Below are positions 12,653 through 24,462 of a DNA stretch of 64,000 nucleotides, piece by piece; positions within the stretch are counted from its first letter, which is position 1; every line of letters begins with the position of its first letter. Both the position numbers and the translations under genes were made by a program. The DNA is taken from contig OZ024742.1 in NCBI GenBank assembly GCA_964016885.1, positions 266,290,001 through 266,354,000 on the forward strand, in the 5' to 3' direction. The stretch comes from Eledone cirrhosa. Taxonomy: Eukaryota. Under the pieces are notes generated by a model that saw only the letters and a program-made list of their open reading frames with translations, was not told the origin of the DNA and ran no database searches.

Positions 12653-12975
12653 ACAGCACCACCAGCTCTCTTACATTTTCTTTCTCTGTCTCCTCTCCCT
12701 CTTTCTGTCTCTCTTTCAATCTACTCTCTCACTACCACTATCTCTTTCTCTCTATCTTTATCTCTCTTTGTTTACTTTGTTTATGAAGGCACCAGGAAAA
12801 ACTCCATATGTCGGGAACCGGCGGTCCGATTTACGCGAAATTTGTTTTGTTCCATTTGTATTCCCATTTCAGGGTCAACTTCCTTTCAAAGTATTTTCCC
12901 ATTATGCGCCCTTTTGGCTGTATTACATTACAGATAAGCAAGCAAGCAATCAATCACAGACTTTTAGTATTATAT
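12314..12975 (-). mobile_element. Non-autonomous Helitron-like element with internal microsatellites
   Basis: The minus strand begins tataatactaaaagtc followed by (tgat/tgct)n, and ends with the hairpin tgaccc-aac-gggtca then ggtCTAGT. A second 5'-end remnant lies at ~13930-13991. Confidence 0.55.
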
Positions 12976-13890
12976 AAAAATGTATACACCATTCTAATAT
13001 ATATATTGCCTGTACAGGTAATCAAAGTGTGTATACATTTTTCGGGGACACCATATATATATATATACCGGGGTCCCTAAAAATGTATACACCATTCTAA
13101 TATATATATTGCCTGTACAGGTAATCAAAGTGTGTATACATTTTTCCGAGACACCATATATATATATACCGGTGTCCCTAAAAATGTATACACCATTCTA
13201 ATATATATATTGCCTGTACAGGTAATCAAAGTGTGTATACATTTTTCCGGGAATCATATATATATATATATATATATATATACCGGTGTCCCTAAAAATG
13301 TATACACCATTCTAATATATATATTGCCTGTACAGGTAATCAAAGTGTGTATACATTTGTCGGGGACACCATATATATATATACCGGGGTCCCTAAAAAT
13401 GTATACACCATTCTAATATATATATTGCCTGTACAGGTCATCAAAGTGTGTATACATTTTTCGGGGACACCATATATATATATATACCGGGGTCCCTAAA
13501 AATGTATACACCATTCTAATATATATATTGCCTGTACAGGTAATCAAAGTGTGTATACATTTTTCCGAGACACCATATATATATATACCGGTGTCCCTAA
13601 AAATGTATACACCATTCTAATATATATATTGCCTGTACAGGTCATCAAAGTGTGTATACATTTTTCGGGGACACCATATATATATATACCGGGGTCCCTA
13701 AAAATGTATACACCATTCTAATATATATATTGCCTGTACAGGTAATCAAAGTGTGTATACATTTTTCGGGGACACTATATATATATATATAATAATACCG
13801 GGGTCCCTAAAAATGTATACACCATCCTAACAAATAATGCATGTATAGGCAATCAAAGTGGGTATACATTTTTGTGGGGACAACCTGTAT
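12975..13890. repeat. Tandem array (8 full + 1 partial) of an ~87-bp Tc1/mariner-like MITE separated by (TA)n; period ~101 bp
   Basis: Units start ccgg(g/t)gtccctaaaaatgtatacac at 13068, 13169, 13283, 13384, 13487, 13588, 13689 and 13798. Each ends in the inverted repeat gtgtatacatttttcggggacac. Confidence 0.85.
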
Positions 13891-14092
13891 ATACACAAAT
13901 ATGAACATATATATATAGAGAAAGTGTGTGCAAGCAAGCAAACAAGTAACCAACCAACCAAGATCAGAGTTTTAGTAGTATATAGATAGATTGTTTCTAC
14001 TTTGGCACAAGGCCAGCAATTAACCAGTGTATTACTGGTACTTTATTTTATAGACCCCATAAGGATGAAAGGCAAAGTTAATCTCGGCGGGT

Positions 14093-14342
14093 TATAATAA
14101 TAAACAAGAAAGACGGTATCATTTGGCCATCCCTATTTATTTTATTATGCGTATTTCATTTGTATAACATCTGCCCTACGTGTTCTCATATCAATGTATA
14201 TCTCATATCAACGGATATTTACATCTTGCATGGATTTTTGTCGGAAGAAAACACGTAGGGCCGATATTATACAAATGTCTTCGAAATAAGTATAATAAAT
14301 AGGAATGAACAAGTGATACCGTCTTTCTTCTTTATTATTATA
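14093..14342. mobile_element. Imperfect foldback/MITE (~95-bp arms)
   Basis: tataataataaacaagaaagacggtatca...ccctacgtgtt versus aacacgtaggg...tgataccgtctttcttctttattattata. Confidence 0.75.
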
Positions 14343-14495
14343 TACACACACACACATATATATATATATATAGGAGGTGAGTTATATTGTAGTACAATAA
14401 AGCAATGCAGATATCGGATAAGAAGCACTCTACAGTTTGTAGGACTGGAGTATACATAATATATAAGATCAAAAGATGGTTAAAAGAGTTCCATG

Positions 14496-14566
14496 TATTT
14501 TAGTATGCGCATTTCAAAAACAAATATCATCATGCAATAACATTTGTGTTTTCATCAGATAAAATA
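14496..14566 (-). ncRNA. Type-I hammerhead ribozyme (first pair of stem I mismatched)
   Basis: TATTTTAT-CTGATGA-stem II-GAAA-TGCGCA-TA-CTAAAATA on the minus strand. Confidence 0.7.
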
Positions 14567-14684
14567 GGAAGACATGATATGAAGATTAAAAAACACTTGT
14601 GAATAGTGCAGTTTTAAATCAACATATGAAAAGTAGTTTTAGATTGATGTGTGATATTGGTAAAAAAAAATTTTTGAGGGGGGG

Positions 14685-15000
14685 TTAATAATCCTTAAAT
14701 ATTATTCTTAATACATATTAACATTTTCTTTCCATCGCACATATTATTAAACCCTTAAATATTATTCTTAATACATATTAACATTTTCTTTCCATCGCAC
14801 ATATTATTAAACCCTTAAATATTATTCTTAATACATATTAACATTTTCTTTCCATCGCACATATTATTAAACCCTTAAATATTATTCTTAATACATATTA
14901 ACATTTTCTTTCCATCGCACATATTATTAAACCCTTAAATATTATTCTTAATACATATTAACAATTTCTTTTCATCGCACATATTATTAAACCCTTCAAT
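14685..15000. repeat. 60-bp minisatellite x5
   Basis: attattcttaatacatattaacattttctttccatcgcacatattattaaacccttaaat repeats on consecutive 60-bp lines. Confidence 0.97.
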
Positions 15001-15314
15001 ATACAAACCCTAACTTAACATTATTTTTCTCCTCGTTAATTTTCAAATTCTTTTAATTTATATATTATCTTCCAACGGTTTTTCAACCTCTCTATGTAAA
15101 ACAATATATTTTTCTCAGTTATAAAAACTATCTCTCTCTCTCTATCACCCATCTCTCCTCCTATCTCATCCTTCCTCATTATACTCCCCCCCCTCCACTT
15201 TTTACTCTCATCTCCTCCTCTTTTTCATCCTTTCCAATCTAAAACTACTTTTCATATGTTGATTTAAAACTGCACTATTCACAAGTGTTTTTTAATCTTC
15301 ATATCATGTCTTCC

Positions 15315-15385
15315 TATTTTATCTGATGAAAACACAAATGTTATTGCATGATGATATTTGTTTTTGAAATGCGCATAATAAAATA
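15315..15385 (+). ncRNA. Type-I hammerhead ribozyme
   Basis: TATTTTAT-CTGATGA(15323)-aaacacaaatgttattgcatgatgatatttgttttt-GAAA(15366)-TGCGCA-TA-ATAAAATA. Predicted cleavage after 15377. Confidence 0.85.
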
Positions 15386-15429
15386 CATGGAACTCTTTTA
15401 ACCATCTTTTGATCTTATATATTATATAT

Positions 15430-16285
15430 ATTAGTGAAAAAGAACAAAGGAACTATTATGACATTATAACAAGTTTATTGCCGACAGCCGTTTCGTCCGA
15501 CCCCATGGTGGGACTTATCAAGGCATATAACATGTGATTGCAAGATCATTGTTTACATCAACGTATCACTCAAGGCTAGCAGTTTGAAATTGTTGTATAC
15601 ATCAGCAACTCCGCTTGTATAGTTGGGATCAATATTCTAAGGGGGGCTCTTTTATATTTAGTTGTCGGGGTCAGGGATTGAAGTTTAATAATTAGACAAA
15701 AATATATAATTTACGCATCAACATTAAACTAAAAGACTTGGGGTCCCGTAGAAGCACCTTAGAAAATCCCTCAATGAGTGCATAAAGCTTACAGGTTCCA
15801 ATAAACCTATTAGACTAGAAGAAAATTAAGAGGCTAATAAAATAAGAAAATAAAAATATAAAGTTTCCCTAAAAAATATATAAAGTTCCTATGAAATTTC
15901 TTCTAGAGAAACAAAAAAATTTTCCGAAAGAAAAAAACCTTCTTCCCCCGAGATCACGTTTACAAAATTCAGAAAACTGAATTGAAAACTAGGTTGAAAG
16001 AAACTAATCAATTAGAGGTTAATTCAGAGAGCCTTCCATAAATCTCTCAGAAAAGGCCCCTTTAATATTTCCAATAGGAACTTCTTCCGAGAGACCCTTC
16101 GAAGAATTAAAATTTTAGAGAGCCTTTAAGGATAAATATAAAAACGAATTGAGGAAAATTATACATTAAAAGTTAAAAATTAAAATGCGTATACGCATAG
16201 AGCTTAACTAGCTACCGTCACATATTTGGTAAGTCAGACGTGATCATCGCGATTCACATACGACCTACCATACATCTTACTTATA
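15430..16285 (-). mobile_element. Putative non-autonomous Penelope-like/retrozyme-like element between (TA)n tracts
   Basis: Non-coding ~850-bp segment with a hammerhead plus AATAAA near its minus-strand 3' end. Boundaries are inferred. Confidence 0.45.
15479..15525 (-). ncRNA. Type-I hammerhead ribozyme with U3-A8 covariant core
   Basis: TGCC-TTGATAA-GTCC caccatggggtc GGAC-GAAA-CGGCT-GTC-GGCA then ATAAA. GUC site, cleavage 3' of 15483. Confidence 0.8.
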
Positions 16286-16466
16286 TATATATATAATATG
16301 TTGAAAAGGTAACACACTAGAGAGAGATATACAGTGCGCTATCAATAAAACAGGGAAAAAACCACCAGTGTATGGAATCTATAACCTATGAAAGGCAGAC
16401 TATAGACACGATAATTAAAAATATAAATTAAAGCGTAAATAAATACCTCTAAAACACACGTACAAA

Positions 16467-16515
16467 TCCGAAGAGATCTGTTTCGCCAGTAAGTTGTTGG
16501 TTCCTCAGCTTCAGA
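16467..16515 (-). ncRNA. Degenerate hammerhead ribozyme
   Basis: TCTGAAG-CTGAGGA-aCCA acaacttac TGGc-GAAAC-agatct-CTTCGGA. Core boxes and a 7-bp stem I are present, but stem III and the NUH site are damaged. Confidence 0.55.
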
Positions 16516-16722
16516 CAACATTAAGAGAATTTTGGCGCTAAACTTTTCCTTTTGAAAGAAAAATGGCGCCAAACTTTTCCTTTTGAAAGAATAATGTGAT
16601 TTGTCACGTGATTGTGTTCACGTGATATTACCTCTAAATATGTGAATACGTACAAAGCATTCTTCTCACGAAGGGCGAGAGTGGCGATCGCAAATATATA
16701 TATACACACAAACACACCACAC

Positions 16723-16753
<31 letters not shown>

Positions 16754-16940
16754 TACACGCAGAAACACACACATACAATAACGACCAGTACTACGATTCT
16801 GGAGGAGCGAATGGTGGAGAAGATGAAGCTCTCTGCCGCAGAATAAATGGCATTTAATTTTAATAATAATACTAATAATATATATATATATATATATATA
16901 TATTATTAGTATTATTATTAAGAAATATATATATATATAT

Positions 16941-17196
16941 ATATTGTTATACTTGGGGAGGGTCATATCATATTTGTGTAATATTGCCAGAATTAATAAC
17001 AGAACACACTCACTGTTTGGTTGGTTTTCGCTTTTCGCTTCTGTGTCTTTTATATCGGTAATCTAATTTATTCGGTCCTCAATGTTGCCATTGACTGACC
17101 AACGGTCAAAAATAATACAGATACAATATAGAGTGTGTTCTGTTATTAATTCTGGCAATATTACACAAATATGACCCTCCCCAAGTATAACAATAT
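16941..17196. mobile_element. Foldback/MITE (~65-bp near-perfect arms)
   Basis: atattgttatacttggggagggtc...agaacacactc versus gagtgtgttct...gaccctccccaagtataacaatat. Confidence 0.8.
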
Positions 17197-17719
17197 TTGT
17201 TTCGACACACGATTTCATATAAAAAAACCTCGCAAAACTATATATATATATTTCTTAATTGAATTGATTATCATTATCGTTTTTATGACAAAAGATAGAC
17301 AGAGAGGGAAAGATTTTGACATATATATATATATATATATATGATAGAAAGAAGAGAAAAAAAACGAGACCCTTAGAAACGAATAAGAGTCATCAAAGCG
17401 ATCATATGTATTGCTTTAAACTGTAACGCGAAGGGATACACTAGTATTTGAGGTTCCATCATTTGGGATTTTAACCCTCGGACTTTTCCCTCCCGGTTTT
17501 GAAATTTAAGGAAAATTTAGGGGTGACTGGGAATATTACATAATGTAGGGATTTTCTTTTCCTTTTCTATCATTTCTTATTTATGTATTTATATATTTAT
17601 TTATCTACTCTCGTGATTGGTATTCCGACAAATGTTAGGGGTGTATTTTGTTTTTTTATTATGTCAGGTATAGCATCCCAAAATTTCTCCCTTCCCCCAA
17701 TATATATATATATATGCAA

Positions 17720-17800
17720 ACACAGTGTCCCAAAAAATGTATACACACTTCAACAACAAAGTAATCAAAGTTTGTATATATTTTGGAGGGGACACCGTGT
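17720..17800. mobile_element. Solo diverged copy of the MITE arrayed at 12975-13890
   Basis: gtgtcccaaaaaatgtatacac...gtaatcaaag...ggggacacc. Confidence 0.7.
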
Positions 17801-18689
17801 GTATATATATGTATGTGTATGTGTAACTAGTAAAACTGTAAAAACGCAGCGGTATATTCTAATTTGGCCCTTTTAAGGGCCACCTATATTTTCATTTAAG
17901 TAACTCCACTCACATCTATATGCTTTAATAAAAAAAATAATAAAAACGCGTGAAAAAAAAAATGTTTTTCATTTAATTAACTCCACTTACGCGTGGTAGT
18001 AATACGGAAATAAACGATGTTTTGCTTTCATCGGCTGCTTCGACTGAGAGCTAATAGCGTTGTAGTGCCAAAATGTTATTAACGAGAATGATAATATCTA
18101 GTATTGTTTGTATTATGTATCAACAGAGGTCACCAATATAGCAGCAAGTAATAGTCTCCAGTTAATGTAACAACAATGTATTTGTTTGTTTGTAATTAGA
18201 AAGGTATGGTTTGTTATATCAATAAATGTAAGTTGAATTTGCAGGTTGTTGTAAGTCTCATGTTCTGTTGTCCTGCATTGAATATAACTCTGGAAAGAAT
18301 CTTTCCATATCACATTTATAGACAATGGCTGTGGTAAATAGCATCACAACACTTTAGCATGTTTTTACATAATTTATTAACAATGATGAGAAGAGCTGTA
18401 TTAAGTTGGGCTGGCATGCCAACAAATGAACAAACAAAATTAAGGTTTAGAAGGTACTGACTGAGGTGTTAACTAGGCTCGTAGTTATTGTTGTCGATAC
18501 ATATGCGAATGTGTTTGCGGAGCAAAAGAAGAATCGTGTTTACTTTACCGCAGTTAACGCGCAAAAAGGATTAGTTTATTAAAAGAAGTGGGAATTTCTC
18601 GGTTTGAGCAGAAGTTGAAAATACATATCCGTGCGTGGATCACGATTGGCTTAACTTAGCCAAATCACGTACAGAAAGGGTATCAATGC

Positions 18690-20120
18690 GCCAAAGGAAA
18701 GTAGCTTGCTACAGCCTCATTGCTGTGGGCAATGTTTTCTGGAGGCTGGCTGCTAAGGTTGTCTGCAGGTCCATCATACCAGAACTGGGCAAGGAGCTCA
18801 GCCCAGTGCAACTAGAAGTTGGTGTATCCTGTAGGTGTGAGAGGACTACATGTGCAGCTAGGTAGTTCTTCAACAGCTGCTTACTGGATCAAGTGATGCC
18901 AAACATTGCATTTTCAAGCTTCAGATGAGGAATGCCTTTAACTGTCTATGCTGTGACCATCTGCTCAAGGCCTGCCTCAGCTGAGCCCATACTGCATACC
19001 CACTGGTCTACCTGTCGTTTGGAGCCCCGAGCATGCTTCTTGCTGCTGACACGGCCATACCTTCATCACGACCCCTTTCAACGTTTAGTACCCACCCATG
19101 GAGACTGTCTGCCACGACCTGCAATCAGTGCTTCCTGCTCTTGCGAGAATTGGCCTTGAGTTCAACTCGTCCAAGTCGGAGCTGGTGAATGTCAACCACG
19201 ATACACAGGGCTTTGCAGCCTCCGTCTCGGACATGCAATCCATTCTCTGCCGGGTGTAAATATCCTTGAAAGAGGATGTCCTCATCCTCAGATCACTGGT
19301 CCTCCCACCGGCCATCGCCCCCACCATCAGATCCAGGCTCCAGCAGCTCATGCCCCTCTTGAGCCGACTGGGCATGATTGATGCCCATCCAGCCCTCTTC
19401 CTGTCGAGGAACTGGTTTGCCATGCCGAAGCTCCTCTACACATTTTGTAGCGCTCCTTGCTACAGCCACGCATCCATCCTCACTGACCTCGATACTTGTA
19501 TCCAAGTGGCAGCTGAGGTGATATGCATCATCAAGTTTGATGACTTTGGAGGGTAACAGGTCACCATACCTGTTAGAAATGGTGGCATTGGTCTCTGGTC
19601 TCACTGGCTTTGCAAGCGTTTCTTTCGTTGGTAACCTCTTGCTGTGTCCTCATCAACAGGGTTCTCCACAACACAACAGAACCCATTGAGATCGAGGAAC
19701 GTGAAGCCGCCTGTGAGACTTGGAACCAGCTCGGACTCTGCCCAGTTGATGTCTCCCCCCCCCACCACCACCACCACCACCACCACCCGAGCATATTGGA
19801 TGCCATCCAGTGTGATAAGGCCTCGAACAGGCTAGTGCGCAGGCTTGATCAACACCACCTCACATGTTTTCGCTCAGTCTTGCAACCCACAGCGGTGCCT
19901 GGCTCAATGCCTTACCCTCCTTTTTTTTTTTTTGACAGGCACGCAGCTGGACAATGATACCTGCGAATCGGGGTTTCCCTGAGGCTAGGTCTCTGGATTT
20001 GCCAGCTACACAAATGTTGCTGCAAATCCACTGTAGACTCTCTCGGCCTCCAACCGCTGTCCTGTTGCTAGTGCTGGCTGCCTTCCACGTCATGCTGCTC
20101 TCAACTCGATCATAAAACAT
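18690..20120 (+). mobile_element. Decayed CRE-clade non-LTR retrotransposon, RT region
   Basis: Motifs across frameshifts: [83 protein letters not shown]. Confidence 0.8.
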
Positions 20121-20218
20121 ATATCAATTGTGTGAGTATATGTGTTTATATCACTAGTGTGAGTGTATGTGTGGATATATTTATACTTGTGTGAGTGTAT
20201 AAGTGTTTCTGTGCTTAT

Positions 20219-20353
20219 ATCTATATACTCGTAGATATAAATGCACACCAAGATATCATCTTGGTTATCTATAAACTAAAAACTTTTTATACCCTTTCTA
20301 TATCTAAAATACTACAATTAGCCGTCATTTTTGACGGCACGGCGTCACCTAGT
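20219..20353 (+). mobile_element. Short Helitron-like remnant
   Basis: atctatatact start; hairpin gccgtca-tttt-tgacggc (20321-20338) followed by CTAGT (20349-20353). Confidence 0.5.
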
Positions 20354-20899
20354 ATACAATAGTGGTGGTAAGAAATTTTCAGGAGAGCTGGACAGTGGAA
20401 GCGAGTCTTTCAGCCCTTAACTTCTGTTTACGTATATTATATATATATTTTTTTCATTTAAAAATACTGCCTTTATCTTCAAACTCCCAAGTAGAAACAT
20501 TATTATCTCCCTTCTCATATTTTTTTTATAAACACGTGGAAAATGAAAAGTAGCATTAACATATACCCTATTAAAACGGATTTATTCTTTATAAAACTTA
20601 TGACATTACGTTAGTTATTTCATTTGATTTATTATTGATATTATGATTAAAATGAAAAAGAACCACATCCAACTTCCATGAATATAAGACTTTTTAAAAA
20701 TGTTACTAATAAATTTTATTTACATAAATAATTAAAAGAATTAGCAGTTTGCAAGAAGAAAGTAATCAGTGAAAGAAAACAAAAATAAGAAAATAATCAA
20801 AAAGAAAAAAGGGGAGAAGACATGCAAACTCAATATAGGGCTTAAGAACGGGGAGTTAGCTTTACAGGAAAACCACATCCTCGCAACGAGTAAACAAAC

Positions 20900-20927
20900 A
20901 TGGCACAAGTGAAAGATTTAAAAAACG
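20900..20927 (+). CDS. CEP20: CEP20/FOPNL (FOR20) coding exon 1, MAQVKDLKN
   Basis: aacATGG start context; 28 bp then a G|gtaaac donor (phase 1). Resembles the vertebrate N-terminus MATVAELKA and its phase matches exon 2. Confidence 0.8.
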
Positions 20928-21009
20928 GTAAACACCTTAATCTATTGAACAATTTAGTTCTATAGTTTATTATATTTTCTTACAACATAATAATATAGCT
21001 TGTTGTTTT

Positions 21010-21385
21010 GCCAATTAACGAGAGAGCCTCCAATGCTCGGCCTATTAAAAATAGCGGCCGACACTCCCTCAGGTAATTTCAGAATTGATAAACTTGAGGT
21101 AGATAGCACTCTCAGCGACTCTTATGCTGCGGCGAAGGTTAGTGTATATATAGCCGAATGGAATAAATTACTGAAATACCGTAATCTGTCGGTGAATTAT
21201 ATTTTTCAACTTGTGACATTTGCAAAAGTTCCAGTGAGCTGGACTGCTGGCAACGAAGTTTTTTGTCATCGTTGGCAGCTCGTCTTACTGAAGTATCAAG
21301 TGACGCTTGACCCGCAGTAATGATAGGAGCATTTTGGATTGCCTCCAAAATTTTAGAGTGCAGCACCAGCATTCCCTGTTATAAT
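21010..21385 (+). mobile_element. Decayed CRE-like retrotransposon C-terminal restriction-like endonuclease region
   Basis: TREPPMLG...VDSTLSDSYAA...AEWNKLLKYRNLSVNYIFQLVTF resembles the EP..D..DT..AE..K..KY..L..Y.F pattern. Confidence 0.6.
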
Positions 21386-22239
21386 ATTAAAGGATTCTTT
21401 ATGTCACCCACCCCCCTTTATTTTCATTCTTTTTTTTTGTCTGGTATGAATTATATTCTTAACAAATGCAAGTTAAAAATAAAAAAAGAAATCAGATGAA
21501 TGTTCTACATAATTCTAAAAAGATAGGATTGTCACGACCTAGAAATAGCTGCCAACTCTTCCTCAAATCTCTCCTTATCGTCTTAAATAAATAAAAGATA
21601 TTGGATAATGGAGTTCTGCATACTCATAAAAAAGACGAGTGAAGTGCTTTGATCAGGTTTGACCTAAAGCTATTATCTCCATCCGTCCATTTTGTGTGAC
21701 CTTTTGTCTCTTCCTCCTTATCTGCTTAATTACCTATTTCTGTCGTTAATTTCAGCTCAAATCTTTTTTTTTTTTCAGTCAATATATTTAGAACCTCATC
21801 TACCATATCTCGTTTTTAAATGACAATATGGTTTGATTGGAAGGCGATTTGACTGCTATTTCTTGCAGGTCAATCCTTATATCTAGGGCCTGTAAGAGGT
21901 ACATCAGCCTTGAGTGAATAGAGGGCTTGTGAACATCTCTCTGCCTTCCTGGGACCCAGAAAGCAGTAATATTCCATCTAGCAGAGGCCCTCATAATACC
22001 AACTGTTACATCTACGGCTGTAATCATTTAACCATTCAACAGACCAAATTATATTACCTCTTATTTTTTCTATACATTTTGTCATAAGGAAGTGAGTCCG
22101 GACTAAATCTCCCTGCACAGATGTTCATCTGTTTTATGTCTGGCCAAAGAATATAGCAAGCCACTCAAACACAATCATAGCACTCATGAACATATGAACG
22201 GCTTGACACCTCTCTTGCCGACACCATGGTCTCCTCTAC

Positions 22240-24190
22240 CAAGATATCGTTGATATAGGAATTGGTGGCCCTTTCACCTTGTCCACCTTTCCCAGAATGT
22301 CATTGAGAACCACAGTTTCTCAGCTATGTGTAGCTTTTAAGTCGACAATCGTGGAGGCCCCTGTCATTGTCTCCACTCTTGCAAGGTTTCATTTCACTAA
22401 AGTCCAGCACTGGCCTTGACTTGTCCTTTATTGGTAGCACTACTGCCATTAACGGCAACATCCCACTCTTTATCTCCTCCTTCCAAAGGATTAACATGCC
22501 CTCCTCAATCAATCTTTGCACCTCTTTCTGAAACTTGCTTCTAGCATCCCCTTTCAGGTTATGCTGATAGCAACTCACTCTGTTCTTTAACATCGGCGAC
22601 TCTCCTTTCCAGTATCACTCAACTATCTGCCACTGACCATCAAACACGGCCCTCAAATCCTTGTCTTGTATGGTATGAACAGCACATTTTTCTTCATGGA
22701 TCTCTCTGTTCCCCTGTTGCACACTCAAGGTGCATGGTGTTCCCACACTACTAAACGTTAATCTATACTCACTCACTGTAATGCCTCCTAAGCAGCCAAT
22801 TGCATCCATGCCCATTACCACATCAATTCCATCTACCACGTTGTCAATCATGAACGTCTGCAGCCTTATTTTTATTCCTCGTATCGCCATCTCCACCTCA
22901 CTGCTACCTCGTATCTAATCTCTCTGCCATTGACTGCCCTTCCACTATTCATCCCACTCCACTTTTTAACCACCTCCAGGGTCACAAATGTTATTGTGCA
23001 GCCTGTATTAACAAGGGCTCATGACAACTTCCCCATCACCAGAACTTCCACAATGGGCTGCGACTGTAAGAGCACCTCTACTTGCTTCCAGGGGTAGCTA
23101 CCGGCACAGTAATTCCCCTTTGACCGTTTCCCTGGTTGCAATTGTTGGTGATGTGACCTGCCCACTTACATCTGTAGAAAATTATTTCAGGCTTCAGCTT
23201 CCTGCAGTCTTTTGCCATGTGCGGACCTTGACAGCCGAAGCACAGGCCTCTGCACGAGTGTTCATAGGGTCTCTTCTTCCTTCATCGTTCATTGATTGCT
23301 GTCAACTGCTATGGTCTTCTGTCACTGCTAACGCTGCAACATTCTGCTCAACGCCTCATGTCACTATGTGGGCCTATGTGATTAGCTTGCTCATGGAGGC
23401 TCATGGCTTAGTGGTTAGAGCATTGGCCTTGCAATCGAAAGGTTGTGAGTTCAATTCTCAGACCGGGTGATGTGTTGTGTCCTTGAGCAAGACACTTTAT
23501 TTCACATTGCTCCAGTTTACTCAGCTGTAGAAATGAGATGATAGGGACTGGGGTCCATATCATTCCACTGCAAAGTGGCCGTGGAGGTGCCATGGCAAAA
23601 AAGCACCCAGCACTCACTATAAATGAGGTTGGTGTTAGGAAGGGCATCCAGCTGTAGAAATCAAGCCAGCATCAGTTCCCGTCCCACCCTTGCAAGCAGG
23701 GAAAAGCGGACGTAAAATGAAATGATGATGATGATGTCTATTTTGTTATTGCCCAGCAACTGTTGGAGCCTCACCAAAATTTCGTCAGGGAAACTGTTCA
23801 TGAACACCATCCGCACGGTACTTTCAAAATTCTCTCCTGTGAATTCAGTTAGCATAGCCAACCTCTGGATTTCTGCCGCAAATACGTCCATCTTACTTTG
23901 CCTAGCTTGGTGAAAGCAGCATAAGGTCCCTCAGTCAATGCTTCTTTAAGGCGTTGCTCTATCTTCTCCACGTTCAACTGATCTGATTGATTCATTTCAA
24001 GGTATAATGCTAATGCATTGCCGTCAAGATACAGTGACATGTCGCCTAGCCTGCCACATTTTCATTGCCTTGCATTGTGGCGACCAATTTCATCTTTCTA
24101 ATCCAGGCAATAACATCCTCCTCACTACTGAAGGCTTTGACTGCGTTGCTACCTATTATCATTTTCCTTGCCATATCATCTGTGAGATCT
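22240..24190 (-). mobile_element. Decayed Gypsy-like LTR retrotransposon internal region (gag, zinc knuckle, protease, RT start), interrupted by a SINE
   Basis: Gag-like DVIAWIRKMKLVA..LYLDGNALALYLEM..VDVFAAEIQRLA; knuckle remnant CKWAGHITNNC; protease-like ALVNTGCT and IDVVMGMDAI; RT start PLMAVV..KSRPVLDF. Confidence 0.8.
23395..23736 (+). mobile_element. tRNA-derived SINE with RTE-derived tail
   Basis: A box tggcttagtgg, B box gagttcaattc, core tgtgtccttgagcaagacact. The tail ggttggtgttaggaagggcatccagctgtagaaa is shared with the RTE 3' UTR (~27193); (ATG)n end. Confidence 0.9.
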
Positions 24191-24249
24191 GAGAAAGTAA
24201 ATAATGATAAATAAAAAAACTGTTGAAAATAGCTTGTCATAAGGAAACT

Positions 24250-24462
24250 GGGTGAAGATGTGCCAGGAAATCTGTGGAATGAAGCTGCAGTATAGGTAGA
24301 CCAAGGAAGATTTGGACAGAGGTGGTGAGAACTGATCTCAAATTACTTAGACTGATAGAGGAGATGACAAAGGAACATGGCGAGTGGAGAGATGCTGTGG
24401 CTGAAAAAGACCTGGATAATTCATGCGAACGTGGAAAAATGGATATAGAAATGATGATGATT
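24250..24462 (+). mobile_element. RTE LINE 3' remnant
   Basis: GRPRKIWTEVVRTDLK..WRDAV followed by an atgatgatga tail. Confidence 0.7.

Larger units (their letters stand above)
14457..15428 (+). mobile_element. Hammerhead-bearing element with ~195-bp inverted termini and an internal 60-bp minisatellite
   Basis: 14457-14647 is the reverse complement of 15235-15428, and each arm contains a hammerhead. Confidence 0.8.

Noticed and set aside
12975-13890. CRISPR-like array of palindromic repeats
   Set aside because: The spacers are only (TA)n, there are no unique spacers or cas genes, and the context is eukaryotic.
23395-23470. tRNA gene
   Set aside because: A and B boxes are present, but the sequence continues into a SINE core and LINE tail and lacks a proper acceptor stem.
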